Source: Planctomycetota bacterium (GTDB lineage Bacteria; Planctomycetota; UBA11346). From it: DNA of 64,000 nucleotides. The stretch spans positions 32,001 to 96,000 of the forward strand of contig JBBRLJ010000015.1 in assembly GCA_038231435.1 (NCBI GenBank), written 5' to 3'. The position numbers and the translations under genes were made by a program. The notes under the pieces are model-generated. The model was not told where the DNA came from and searched no databases. It saw only the letters and a program-made list of their open reading frames with translations. This document shows, in pieces, positions 1 to 9,194 of the stretch (within the stretch, counting starts at the first letter, position 1; the number at the start of each line of letters is the position of its first letter).

Positions 1-92
1 CCTCCACCTCCAGTGGAAATTTCGCTCTCCCTTCCGAACCGCGGCTTTTGCGCGCGATGCGGATCCGCCACCATGGCGCGCAGGAGAACGCC

Positions 93-1100
93 ATGGTGAA
101 GGTCGGAATCATCGGACTCGGCATGATGGGGCGGACGCATTACGAGGCGTACGCAAAGGTGCCGGGCGCGCAGGTGGTCGCGGTCGCGGACATGGACCCG
201 AAGCGCGCCAAGGGCGACCTCTCTGGAACCGCCGGCAACGTGGTGGCGGGCGAAGTCTCGCAGCTGCCGATGGACCGCATCAAGGGGTTCTCTGACTATC
301 GCCAGCTGATCGCGATGCCCGAGGTGGACGTGGTCGACATCTGCCTGCCCACCACCTCGCATCGCGAGGTCGCGCTCGCAGCGCTCACCGCCGGCAAGCA
401 CGTGCTGTGCGAGAAGCCGCTCGGCCGCGACCTCGCCGATGCCACGGCCATCGCCGCCGCAGCTGCCGCCGCCAAGGGCTTCTTCATGCCGGCGATGTGC
501 ATGCGCTTCTGGCCGGGCTGGACCTGGCTCAAGGCGGCGGTCGCCGAGCGGCGCTACGGCACGGTGGTGTCCGCCACCTTCCGCCGCGTCGCCTCGATGC
601 CGGCCGGCTGGTATCGCGACGGCAAGCTCTCGGGCGGCGCGGCGCTCGATCTGCACATCCACGATACCGACTTCGTCTACCACCTCTTCGGCAAGCCGGC
701 GTCGGTGTTCAGCCGCGGCTACGCCAAGACTTCGGGCGCCATCGATCATCTCGTCACCCACTACCTGTACGAGCGCGGCCCGCTGGTGGTCGCCGAAGGC
801 GGCTGGGCGATGGCCGACGGTTTCGGATTCTCGATGCGTTACACGGTGAATTTCGAGCGCGCCACTGCCGACTTCGATCTCGCGCGGGCGCAGCCGTTGA
901 TGCTCGCGCAGGGGGGGAAGTCCGAGACCGTCCCTTGCGGTTCGGAGACCGGCTACGAAGGCGAGCTGGCGTACTTCATCGATTGCGTGGCGAAGAAGCG
1001 TCGCCCCGAGACCGTCACCGCTCAGCATGCGGTTGACGGCCTCGCCATCATCGAGGCGGAGGTGAAGAGCATCGCCGAGGGCCGTCCGGTGGCTTTATAG
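93..1100 (+). CDS. Gfo/Idh/MocA family NAD(P)-dependent oxidoreductase
   Basis: Rossmann GIIGLGMMG, GKHVLCEKP and DLHIHDTD motifs; ATG at 93 follows a CAGGAG SD. Confidence 0.92.
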   Translation: MVKVGIIGLGMMGRTHYEAYAKVPGAQVVAVADMDPKRAKGDLSGTAGNVVAGEVSQLPMDRIKGFSDYRQLIAMPEVDVVDICLPTTSHREVALAALTAGKHVLCEKPLGRDLADATAIAAAAAAAKGFFMPAMCMRFWPGWTWLKAAVAERRYGTVVSATFRRVASMPAGWYRDGKLSGGAALDLHIHDTDFVYHLFGKPASVFSRGYAKTSGAIDHLVTHYLYERGPLVVAEGGWAMADGFGFSMRYTVNFERATADFDLARAQPLMLAQGGKSETVPCGSETGYEGELAYFIDCVAKKRRPETVTAQHAVDGLAIIEAEVKSIAEGRPVAL

Positions 1101-1101
1101 C

Positions 1102-1387
1102 CGGGGGCTCTGCCCCCGGGCCCCCGCGCGCCTTTGTCGCCCTTCATTTTGGCCGCGGGCCAAAATGTTTGGGTGATGGGCTGCGCCCATTGTTCACCCA
1201 AACCAGAGCTCGGCGGCCGGGTGCTATTTAGTCGGGGGCTCTGCCCCCGGGCCCCCGCGCGCCTTTGTCGTTCTTCTTTTTGTCCGTGCCGGCCAAAAAG
1301 TTTGCGTGATGGGCTGCGCCCATTGTTCACGCAAACCAGAACTCGGCGGCCGGCGGCTTTGGCCGCGGTTTAAAGGGGCTCTGCCCC
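1102..1387 (+). repeat. Tandem REP-like palindromic repeat: two ~125-bp units plus a partial third
   Basis: Units start at 1102 and 1233 with CGGGGGCTCTGCCCCCGGGCCCCCGCGCGCCTTTGTCG and share GTTTGSGTGATGGGCTGCGCCCATTGTTCACSCAAACCAGA; GGGGCTCTGCCCC recurs at 1375. Confidence 0.9.
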
Positions 1388-1487
1388 TGCTTCACGCACG
1401 CTGCGGCAGAGGTCGGGCACGGCGGCTCCGCAGGCCGGTTGGCGGATTTCCATGAGACCAACGGCGATGCCATGCGCGGGTTCAGGC

Positions 1488-1552
1488 GAACCACGGAGCT
1501 GGGTCTCCGTCTGAATAGTACCTAAGGAACGGCCGCGTCGGCCGTAGTCGTG
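1488..1552 (+). promoter_or_regulatory. Candidate ECF-type promoters upstream of the ECF sigma gene
   Basis: GAACCA-N16-TCTGA (1488-1514) resembles the RpoE consensus GAACTT-N16-TCTGA; a second site GGAAC-N16-GTCGT (1526-1551) lies just before ATG 1559. Confidence 0.4.
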
Positions 1553-1558
1553 GTACGC

Positions 1559-2092
1559 ATGACGGCAATCGTCTGGATCGATGAAGCGGTGGCGCGTTAC
1601 GAACGCCCGTTGGTCGCCTATGCCTGGCGGCTGGCGGGCGATCTCGAGGCGGCGCGCGACGCGGTGCAGGACACCTTCATGCGCTTGTGCGATCAGCCAG
1701 AGGACGCGGTGCGTTCGCACCTGGCCGAGTGGCTGTTCACCGTCTGTAGGAACCGCTGCCTCGACCACCTGCGCAGATGCCGAACGGAGAGACCCATGGA
1801 CGCCACCGCCGACGAACCCGCTTCCGAGACCCATCCCGCCGCGCCCATCGAGGCGAGCGAATCCTCGGCCGGTCTGCTGGTGGCGCTCGCCTCCCTGCCG
1901 AGCCGGCACCAGGAGGTGGTGCGGCTGAAGTTCCAGGGTGGCTGCTCGTACCGCGAGATCAGCCGCATCACCAAGCTCACCGAAGGCAACATCGGCTTCA
2001 TCATCCACACCGCGATCCAGTCGCTGCGCGCCAAGCTGGCGGCCGATCCGGTATTCGCAGATCGCGCTGCACGTACCCCCACCAACGCCTGA
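1559..2092 (+). CDS. ECF-subfamily RNA polymerase sigma-70 factor
   Basis: Region 2 DAVQDTFMRL and WLFTVCRNRCLDHLRR; region 4 LPSRHQEVVRLKF..SYREIS; start may be GTG 1550. Confidence 0.9.
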   Translation: MTAIVWIDEAVARYERPLVAYAWRLAGDLEAARDAVQDTFMRLCDQPEDAVRSHLAEWLFTVCRNRCLDHLRRCRTERPMDATADEPASETHPAAPIEASESSAGLLVALASLPSRHQEVVRLKFQGGCSYREISRITKLTEGNIGFIIHTAIQSLRAKLAADPVFADRAARTPTNA

Positions 2093-2099
2093 GGATCCC

Positions 2100-4262
2100 A
2101 TGCACGCTGACACCGACCACGATCAGGATCTCACCGCCTACGCCCTCGGCGAACTGCCGCCCGCCGCGGCGGCGGCCATGGAGCGCCGGCTCGTCACTGA
2201 TGCCGCAGGCCGCGTGGAAGTGGAGCGGATCCGTGTCGAAGCCACCGCGCTGCGGGTCGCCTTCGCTGCCGAGGTCGGCGCTGGGCTCGGATCGGCGCGA
2301 CTCGCCGCCCTCGCCGCATCCGCATCCACGGCTTCCGTCGTCACCTCGCCCGACGCGTCCACGGGACGGACGCCACGCGCAGCGTCGATGCTCCGGATGC
2401 GACCGACGCGTTCGATGCTCATGCTCGCTGGCGGAGCCTCGCTCGCAGCTGCGGCGTTGACTTGCGCGTTGATCATACCGGATGGCATCCGCCATTCCCA
2501 TGGGACCGGGAATGGCGGAGAAGTCCCCGTCACCATGGTGCATCACCAGTTGCCCCCGATCGGCAGCCGTTTGCCTCTCGCCAAGAAGGAGGAGATGCCC
2601 GTCTCCGTCACCGTGGACCTCGACGAGACCGTAGAGCCGATTGCAATCCTCGACCTGCCGCTCCAGGAGCGTGGCATCGAATCCCAGGCCGGACTCGAAT
2701 GCGACGTGAAGGGGCCGCAGGTCGCATTCATGGCCGTGGGCAGTGGATCACCGCTTTCTGGTAAGATGGCGAAGTCTCGACTCCAGGTCGGACGGGTCGG
2801 CGTCAACGCCTCCGAGGAGATGGATGACTCCGCGACGGTCGAGAGCTATGACGGCGTGGGCGACAATCCCTTCCATGCTTCCGTCCACGATCCGCTCAGC
2901 ACGTTCTCGATCGACGTCGACACCGCCAGCTACGCCAATGTCCGCCGCTATCTCGCCGGCGGGCATCTGCCCCCGAAGGGCGCGGTGCGCATCGAGGAGC
3001 TGGTGAACTATTTTCCCTACCACGACGCTCCGCCGCGCGACGACAAGCCGTTCGCGGTCGACTACGAGGTCGGGCCGTGCCCATGGGAGCCGTCGCACCA
3101 GCTCGCGCGCGTGTCGCTGCGCGGCAAGGACATCGACCTCTCGCATCGTCCGGCGGCGAATCTGGTCTTCCTGCTCGACGTCTCGGGCTCGATGAACGAA
3201 CCCAACCGCCTGCCCTGGGTGCAGGCCTCGCTGCACATGCTCGTCGACCAGCTGCGCGCCGACGACCACGTGGCGATCGTGGTCTACGGAGGCGAGTCCG
3301 GCCTGGTGCTGCCGAGCACGCCTGCGTCGAACCGCGCCAGGATCCTGGCTGCGATCGACTCGCTGCATCCGGGCGGATCGACCAATGGCGCGTCGGGCAT
3401 CCAGCTCGCCTATGACACCGCCCACGCGGCCTTCGTGAAGGACGGCATCAACCGCATCGTGCTCTGCACCGACGGGGATTTCAATGTCGGCGTCAGCGAC
3501 CGCGATGGCCTGACCAGGCTGCTCGTCGACGAGGCCAAGGGCGGGGTGTTCCTGTCGGTGCTCGGCTTCGGCAAGGGCAACCTCAAGGACGAGACCATGG
3601 AAGCGATGGCCGATCACGGCAACGGCAACTACGCCTACATCGACACCCTGGGCGAGGCGCGCAAGGTGCTGGTCGAGCAGATGTCGGGCACGCTGATCAC
3701 CATCGCCAAGGACGTGAAGATCCAGGTCGAGTTCAATCCGGCGCGTGTCGGCGCCTATCGCCTGATCGGCTACGAGAACCGCCTGCTCGCAGCACGCGAC
3801 TTCAACGACGATCGCAAGGACGCCGGCGAGATCGGCGCCGGGCACACCGTCACCGCGCTCTACGAGCTGGTCCCCGCCGGAGCGCCGCTGCCCGAGGCCG
3901 GCGTCGATCCGCTCAAGTACCAGACGACCGCCACGCCCAGCTCGGTCGGCGCCGCGGGCTACGAGCTGATGACGGTGAAGCTGCGCTCCAAGCGCCCCGA
4001 TGCCGATGCCAGCACGCTGATGGAGGTGCCGGTGCAAGGCGCGGTGGCCGACGTCGATGCCACCAGCGAGGACTTCCGCTTCGCCGCCGCGGTGGCAGCG
4101 TTCGGAATGCTGTTGCGCGATTCCCCGCACCGCGGCCACGCCAGCTACGCCCAGGTCGAAGCGCTGGCACAATCGGGCATCGGCCGCGACGAGCACGGCT
4201 ACCGCTGCGAATTCGTGGGTCTGGTGCGCCAGGCGGCGGCGCTCGCGGCGGCGGGACGCTGA
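2100..4262 (+). CDS. YfbK-like vWA protein with N-terminal anti-sigma domain and one TM helix
   Basis: N-term LTAYALGEL anti-sigma helix, TM, STFSIDVDTASY, MIDAS DVSGS, YRLIGYENR..FNDD..DAGEIGAGH; GAGG SD before ATG 2100. Confidence 0.88.
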   Translation: MHADTDHDQDLTAYALGELPPAAAAAMERRLVTDAAGRVEVERIRVEATALRVAFAAEVGAGLGSARLAALAASASTASVVTSPDASTGRTPRAASMLRMRPTRSMLMLAGGASLAAAALTCALIIPDGIRHSHGTGNGGEVPVTMVHHQLPPIGSRLPLAKKEEMPVSVTVDLDETVEPIAILDLPLQERGIESQAGLECDVKGPQVAFMAVGSGSPLSGKMAKSRLQVGRVGVNASEEMDDSATVESYDGVGDNPFHASVHDPLSTFSIDVDTASYANVRRYLAGGHLPPKGAVRIEELVNYFPYHDAPPRDDKPFAVDYEVGPCPWEPSHQLARVSLRGKDIDLSHRPAANLVFLLDVSGSMNEPNRLPWVQASLHMLVDQLRADDHVAIVVYGGESGLVLPSTPASNRARILAAIDSLHPGGSTNGASGIQLAYDTAHAAFVKDGINRIVLCTDGDFNVGVSDRDGLTRLLVDEAKGGVFLSVLGFGKGNLKDETMEAMADHGNGNYAYIDTLGEARKVLVEQMSGTLITIAKDVKIQVEFNPARVGAYRLIGYENRLLAARDFNDDRKDAGEIGAGHTVTALYELVPAGAPLPEAGVDPLKYQTTATPSSVGAAGYELMTVKLRSKRPDADASTLMEVPVQGAVADVDATSEDFRFAAAVAAFGMLLRDSPHRGHASYAQVEALAQSGIGRDEHGYRCEFVGLVRQAAALAAAGR

Positions 4263-4305
4263 CGCCAACGCCAATGCCGACAGGGCAGCTCGCCGAGCGG
4301 ACGCT

Positions 4306-5148
4306 TCACATCGCCAGGATCTTCGCCATAGCCTTCCTGGTCTTGCCCAGCAGATCCGGCCGAGCTGGCATCATCTCGGCGACCAATGTCCCATCGTAGC
4401 CGATGGCGCGCAGCGCCGGGATGATCTCGGCAAACGGCACGTCGCCTTCAAGCAGGTCGCAGAACCCGGCGAGGCCTCCGACCTGCTTCTTGAAGTCCTT
4501 GATGTGCACGCGGCGGATGCGCTTGCCGAGGATCGCGATCCAGTGCGGCGGATGCTGGTGGTAACCGAGCACGTTGCCGACGTCGAAGTAGACCCCGACG
4601 CGCTTGGAGCCGATGCCGTCGATCAGCGCGGCGAACTCGATGGGCGAATAGAACAGCCCGTTCCAGACGTTCTCCACGCACAGGTCGACGTCCACCTTCT
4701 CGGCGACCTCGGCGAGGCGGACGATGCCTTCCGAGGCCCAGGCCGCGGCGCGGTCGTATGGCACCGGGCCGTAGCCCGGCTCCCAGGGGATGGTGACCGC
4801 GCCAGGCACGTAGAGCATAGCCTTCGCGCCGACCCAGGCCGCCCGCTGCAGCGCGGCGGCGTGGAGCGTGATCGCGCGCTCGCGCACTGCGCGATCCGGA
4901 TGGGTGGGCGAGCACCCCCAGCTCATGCCGCTGGCCACGGTCTCGAGCGCCAGACCCTTGGCGGCGGCGAGCTGGCGGTAGCCCGCGCAGGTCTTCTCGT
5001 CGCTGGTGGGCGTGAGCACCCCGGTTTCGCCGACGCCGAGCTCGATGCCATCGAATCCAGCGGCCTTGGCCTCGTCCAGGGCTTCGGCAACGGGACGCGT
5101 GTTCTCGAGCCCGCCTGCGATGGACCAATAGCTGATGATGGCGCGCAT
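4306..5148 (-). CDS. Sugar phosphate isomerase/epimerase (AP-endonuclease-2 TIM barrel, hexulose-6-P isomerase-like)
   Basis: GFDGIEL, LCVENVWN, YFDVGN, VHIKD and GYDGTLVAE metal motifs; GGAGG SD before ATG 5148. Confidence 0.88.
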   Translation of the reverse strand: MRAIISYWSIAGGLENTRPVAEALDEAKAAGFDGIELGVGETGVLTPTSDEKTCAGYRQLAAAKGLALETVASGMSWGCSPTHPDRAVRERAITLHAAALQRAAWVGAKAMLYVPGAVTIPWEPGYGPVPYDRAAAWASEGIVRLAEVAEKVDVDLCVENVWNGLFYSPIEFAALIDGIGSKRVGVYFDVGNVLGYHQHPPHWIAILGKRIRRVHIKDFKKQVGGLAGFCDLLEGDVPFAEIIPALRAIGYDGTLVAEMMPARPDLLGKTRKAMAKILAM

Positions 5149-5385
5149 GCGACCTCCGTCTGGGTATGCACGGACCATAGGGGGGCTGGCCCGGGCGGTG
5201 GGAATGGGCTTGGACCCGCGAAGGATGAAGTTCCAATCGCACTGGAGGATTTGCGCCCACGCCTCCGGGCGCGGGTCTTGCGCCGCGTCCACGCCGGGTA
5301 ACACGATCGCGCCCGGCATTCCCGACATCGTCCACTCATCAGCGACATCGTCCTATCTCCGACCTACTTACGACCGACACCAGAC

Positions 5386-6393
5386 ATGACCACCAAGCCG
5401 AACCTGCTGATCAATCTGCCCAAGGGCTTCTTCAAGACCCCGGCCATGGCGCCGGTCTTCAAGCGGCTCGGCGCCATCGCCGAGGTGCGCAGGCGCTCGC
5501 ACAATACCCACGATGAGATCGCCAAGGATCTGGCCTGGGCCGATGCGGTGATCATGTGGTCGTGGCCGGCCTACACCCCGGAGCTGCTCGCCCGCGCGCC
5601 CAAGCTGGCGTTCTCGGGACACCTCGACATCAACCAGGCCGGCGCCCGCGTCGCGCTCGCGCACGGCCTGCCGGTGTCGCTGAGCAAGAAGGCATGGGGC
5701 CCATCGGTCGCGGAGATGGCGCTGACTCTGATCCTGACCACCCTGCGCAAGACCAGCTCCTACCACGCCGCGATGCGCGTCGGCAAGGAGGCCTGGGTCG
5801 CTGATTTCCCCATCGACATCGACACCGACGAACGCCAGCTCACCGGGCGTCCGGTCGGCATCGTGGGCTTCGGTGCGGTTGGCCAGCGCGTCGCAGAACT
5901 GCTTGCGCCATTCCGCTGCCAGGTGCGGGTCTACGACCCGTTCCTGCCGGCCGAGATCGCCGAGCGCGCTGGAGCGTCGCGCGTCGAGCTCATGGACCTG
6001 ATCCGGAATTCGGATGTGGTGGTGCTGTGCGCCGCCTCGAACCCGGGCACCGCATCGCTGCTCGGCAAGCGCGAGCTCGCTGCGTTCCGCAAAGGAGCGG
6101 TGCTGGTGAACGTGGCGCGCGCCGCCCTGGTCGACACCGCCGCCCTGGTGGCACGCCTGAAGAAGAACGACTTCTACGCCGCCATCGACGTCTTCGATCT
6201 CGAGCCGCTCGCGCGCAATTCGCCCCTGCGCAAACTGCCGAACGCGTTCCTGACCCCGCATCGCGCCGGCGGCGTGATGGAGTCGGTGGTGCGCATCGTC
6301 TCGTGGCTCGCCGACGACTTCGAGGCGCACCTCGCGGGCAAGCCGCGCGCGCACGCCTTGAGCGAGAAGCAGCTGCCTGCTCTCGACGCCTGA
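5386..6393 (+). CDS. D-isomer-specific 2-hydroxyacid dehydrogenase
   Basis: GIVGFGAVG, LVNVARAALVD, DVFDLEP and TPHRAG motifs. Confidence 0.9.
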   Translation: MTTKPNLLINLPKGFFKTPAMAPVFKRLGAIAEVRRRSHNTHDEIAKDLAWADAVIMWSWPAYTPELLARAPKLAFSGHLDINQAGARVALAHGLPVSLSKKAWGPSVAEMALTLILTTLRKTSSYHAAMRVGKEAWVADFPIDIDTDERQLTGRPVGIVGFGAVGQRVAELLAPFRCQVRVYDPFLPAEIAERAGASRVELMDLIRNSDVVVLCAASNPGTASLLGKRELAAFRKGAVLVNVARAALVDTAALVARLKKNDFYAAIDVFDLEPLARNSPLRKLPNAFLTPHRAGGVMESVVRIVSWLADDFEAHLAGKPRAHALSEKQLPALDA

Positions 6394-6457
6394 TTCCATC
6401 TCCAAGACATCCATCCTCCAGACATCCATCCATCCCGCCCGCCCACCTAGGACCCAT

Positions 6458-7279
6458 ATGGCCGACCCGATCAAGTTCAGCGCTCCCGACTGGTGCTTCT
6501 TCCGCGAGAATCCCGACCCGGCGGCCTACTACCGCAAGCTCAAGCAGCTCGGCTTCACCGGCGTCGAGATGGTCGATCCATCGCGCTGGCCCGCGGCCCG
6601 CTCCGCCGGACTCTCGATTCTCAACATTCCCGGACCGGGCATGGAGAAGGGCCTCAACCGCGTCGAGAACCATGCCGAATTGGTGCCGAAGATCCGCGCG
6701 CTGATCGATCAGGCGGCATTCGAGAAGATCCCCCATGTCATCGTCTTCAGCGGCAACCGCGGCGGGCTCGACGATCGCACTGGCCTGTCGAATTGCGCGA
6801 CCGCCCTCGGCCCATTGGCGCGCGAAGCCGACAAGGCGCGGGTGACGCTGATCTTCGAGATGTTCTGCCAGCAGAACCATCCGGATTACATGGCCGACAA
6901 CTCGCGCTTCGGCTTCGACCTCGTGCAGAAGGTCGGCTCGCGCTCGCTGAAGGTGCTCTACGACATCTACCACATGGCGCAGATGGGCGAGGACGTCATC
7001 AAGGACATCACCGGCAATCTCAAGTCGGTCGCGCACATCCATGTCGCCGAGAAGCCCAAGCGCACCGCCCCGCTCCCGGCCGGCGAGATCCCGTACGGCA
7101 AGATCGTGCGCGCGGTGCACGAGGCCGGCTACAGCGGCTATTGGGGCCTCGAATACCACGCCGCTCCGGACCATTTCTCCGAAATGGGCGAGGCTCTCAT
7201 GGCCCTCAAGTCGGGGGCATCCGGTCCCACGGCTTCGGCCTCCGGCCTGCCCCCCAAGAAGCAGGATCAGGGGGGATAG
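6458..7279 (+). CDS. Hydroxypyruvate isomerase family TIM-barrel protein
   Basis: IVFSGNR, HPDYMAD, LYDIYHMAQM, HIHVA and GYSGYWGLEY motifs. Confidence 0.85.
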   Translation: MADPIKFSAPDWCFFRENPDPAAYYRKLKQLGFTGVEMVDPSRWPAARSAGLSILNIPGPGMEKGLNRVENHAELVPKIRALIDQAAFEKIPHVIVFSGNRGGLDDRTGLSNCATALGPLAREADKARVTLIFEMFCQQNHPDYMADNSRFGFDLVQKVGSRSLKVLYDIYHMAQMGEDVIKDITGNLKSVAHIHVAEKPKRTAPLPAGEIPYGKIVRAVHEAGYSGYWGLEYHAAPDHFSEMGEALMALKSGASGPTASASGLPPKKQDQGG

Positions 7280-7320
7280 GAACGTCGGTGAACAAGCTCG
7301 ATCAGTCGTCCTTGCGCATC

Positions 7321-8670
7321 ATGCGCAAGTTCGCGGGCTTCGTTGCATGCGCGGTGTGCGCCCTCAACGGGTTCGGCGCCGCTTCCATGGTCGCTGCTGC
7401 CGAGACTGCCAAGGCCGAGGAACCGGCGTTCGAGAGCCGTGAGAGCGGGGAGTGGCCACAGTACGGATACGACGCGGGGTGCCGGTTCGCGACACCTGGA
7501 TCGCTGGCCTCGGTGCTCAAACCCAAATGGGTGTTCAAGCGGGCGCCGCCGGCGGCGCGAATCGCATCCATCATCATCCATGGCGATCGCGTGCTGGTCG
7601 AGTGCACTGGCGATCAGAATGGCGACGCCAAGATCGGCGATCCCGCGAACAATCCGTACCTCTACGGCCTCGACGCCGCGACTGGGGCCAAGGCTTGGGA
7701 GTGGTCGCACAAGCACGACATGGGCATCGGCTGCACGCTCGCGGTGTCGGGGACCAAGCTGTTCTACAACGACGACGGCTTCGGCTGGGTCGATGTCGAG
7801 AAGGGTGGAGGCAACGATTTCGGCAGCTCGGCCGATAGCTGGGGTTACATCAATGTCGATGCCAAGGCCGGGCTGGTGGTGAAGTCCAACACCTGGCGCG
7901 TCGACAATCCCGAGACCTCGATCGAGGGCTTCGGCCTGGACGGCAGCCACAGGTGGACGGCCCTCAACGACAATGGCCAGAAGACCCAGGATCGCATGGC
8001 CTTCGCCTCGCTCTGCCAAGGCGCGGGCCTGGTGTTCGTGTCGGTCGAATGGTCCGGACCTTCGCCGAAGAAGCACAAACAGGGGTTGTACGCCCTGAAG
8101 CAAGCCGACGGCAGCGAGGCATGGGGCGTCGAGGGCGATTGGGGCGGCGTATCGTGCGACGGAAACTTCGTGTACTGCGTGCTCAAGGACGCCAAGGGCT
8201 GCAAGCTCTGCTGCCTGACGCCAGGCGATGGCAAACCGCAATGGTCGGCCAACGTCGGTCAGCACGTCCATCATCCGCCGGCCCTGGGCCGCGGCATGTG
8301 CGTGCTGGTCACCGATGGCGGCACCTTGCTGGCGGTGCCGAGCGAAGGTGCCAAGGCGGGCAAGGCTCTGGCATGGCAAGGCCAGACCGAGCCACCGCTC
8401 AAGGGCGACGGCGTATCGGTGCGCAATTCGGTGCTCGCCATCGCCGAAGGCGCCGGCAAGAACGGCGTGTTGGTGGTGGCGAATGGCAAATCGGTGCGCT
8501 GCCTCGATCTGAAGCGCGGGTCGCCGTTGGGCGAACTTCCCTGGGATCCAGCGCTCGGCGCCGCCGAGAATCCGGCCATCGCCGACGGGTGCCTGGTGGT
8601 GAACGGCTCCGAGGGCGTGATGTGCTACGGCCCGCCTCCCGACAAGAAGGACAAGGCGAAAGCGAAATGA
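7321..8670 (+). CDS. Secreted PQQ-binding-like beta-propeller protein
   Basis: Signal peptide, WPQYGYD, repeated LYGLDAATG..W, LYALKQADG..W and CLDLKRG blades; GTG 7288 is an alternative start. Confidence 0.8.
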   Translation: MRKFAGFVACAVCALNGFGAASMVAAAETAKAEEPAFESRESGEWPQYGYDAGCRFATPGSLASVLKPKWVFKRAPPAARIASIIIHGDRVLVECTGDQNGDAKIGDPANNPYLYGLDAATGAKAWEWSHKHDMGIGCTLAVSGTKLFYNDDGFGWVDVEKGGGNDFGSSADSWGYINVDAKAGLVVKSNTWRVDNPETSIEGFGLDGSHRWTALNDNGQKTQDRMAFASLCQGAGLVFVSVEWSGPSPKKHKQGLYALKQADGSEAWGVEGDWGGVSCDGNFVYCVLKDAKGCKLCCLTPGDGKPQWSANVGQHVHHPPALGRGMCVLVTDGGTLLAVPSEGAKAGKALAWQGQTEPPLKGDGVSVRNSVLAIAEGAGKNGVLVVANGKSVRCLDLKRGSPLGELPWDPALGAAENPAIADGCLVVNGSEGVMCYGPPPDKKDKAKAK

Positions 8671-9131
8671 GCTCTCACGCGCGAGATGTACCTGGGGTGG
8701 TTGCGATGATCGGTCGCATCCTGCTCGGCGTGACCACGGCGATGGTCGTGCCCGCATCGCTCGTGCTGGTTTCCTGCGGAGAGACTCCAGCACCCGCGCC
8801 CGCGCCAGCTGCCATTCAAGTGGACCCCGCGGATCCCACGATGGCGTCCCCGGTTGCCCCCGCGTCTATGCCCGTGCCAGAGCCCGTGTCGAAGCAAGGG
8901 ACGCTGCCGGCAGAAACGGTGACTCCCGCGCTCGCGGCCGATGCACCGCAACTCGAACAGCCCGCCGTCGAGGCGAAGCCGACGACGGCGCACTACGTAT
9001 GTCCCAGACACCCGCAGGTGATCAGCGACATTCCGGGCAAGTGTCCAGAGTGCGGCCTGAAACTCATGAAGCGCGCCGCCGACGCGCCTCCACCCACGCC
9101 GTCCACGGAAGTTCCGCCCCCGCGACCTTGA
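8667..9131 (+). CDS. Lipoprotein with C-terminal heavy-metal-binding domain
   Basis: LVSC lipobox, Pro/Ala-rich linker, YVCPRHPQVISDIPGKCPECGLKL; ATGA overlap with upstream stop (alternative start 8706). Confidence 0.8.
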   Translation: MSSHARDVPGVVAMIGRILLGVTTAMVVPASLVLVSCGETPAPAPAPAAIQVDPADPTMASPVAPASMPVPEPVSKQGTLPAETVTPALAADAPQLEQPAVEAKPTTAHYVCPRHPQVISDIPGKCPECGLKLMKRAADAPPPTPSTEVPPPRP

Positions 9132-9194
9132 CCGTCGCCGCGCTACGAACGCCCGGAGACACCTAAAAAACCCGAGCGGCGCAGCCGCGAGCGC

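Noticed and set aside
1102..1387. Tandem repeat as a CRISPR array, and the small ORFs across it (1134-1373, 8625-9329)
   Set aside because: Units are ~125 bp and similar along their whole length, with no unique spacers and no cas genes; the ORFs are just translations of the repeat
93..7279. Assigning a specific sugar pathway to the Gfo/Idh/MocA, TIM-barrel and dehydrogenase genes
   Set aside because: These families are too broad and the genes are not in one operon; the substrate cannot be inferred from sequence alone
6493..8670. Apparent long N-terminal extensions or fusions in the ORF track (6493, 1938, 16027, 23483, 39810, 40901, 48959, 53790)
   Set aside because: The extensions overlap neighbouring real genes in another frame; true starts are downstream, at SD or stop-overlap positions
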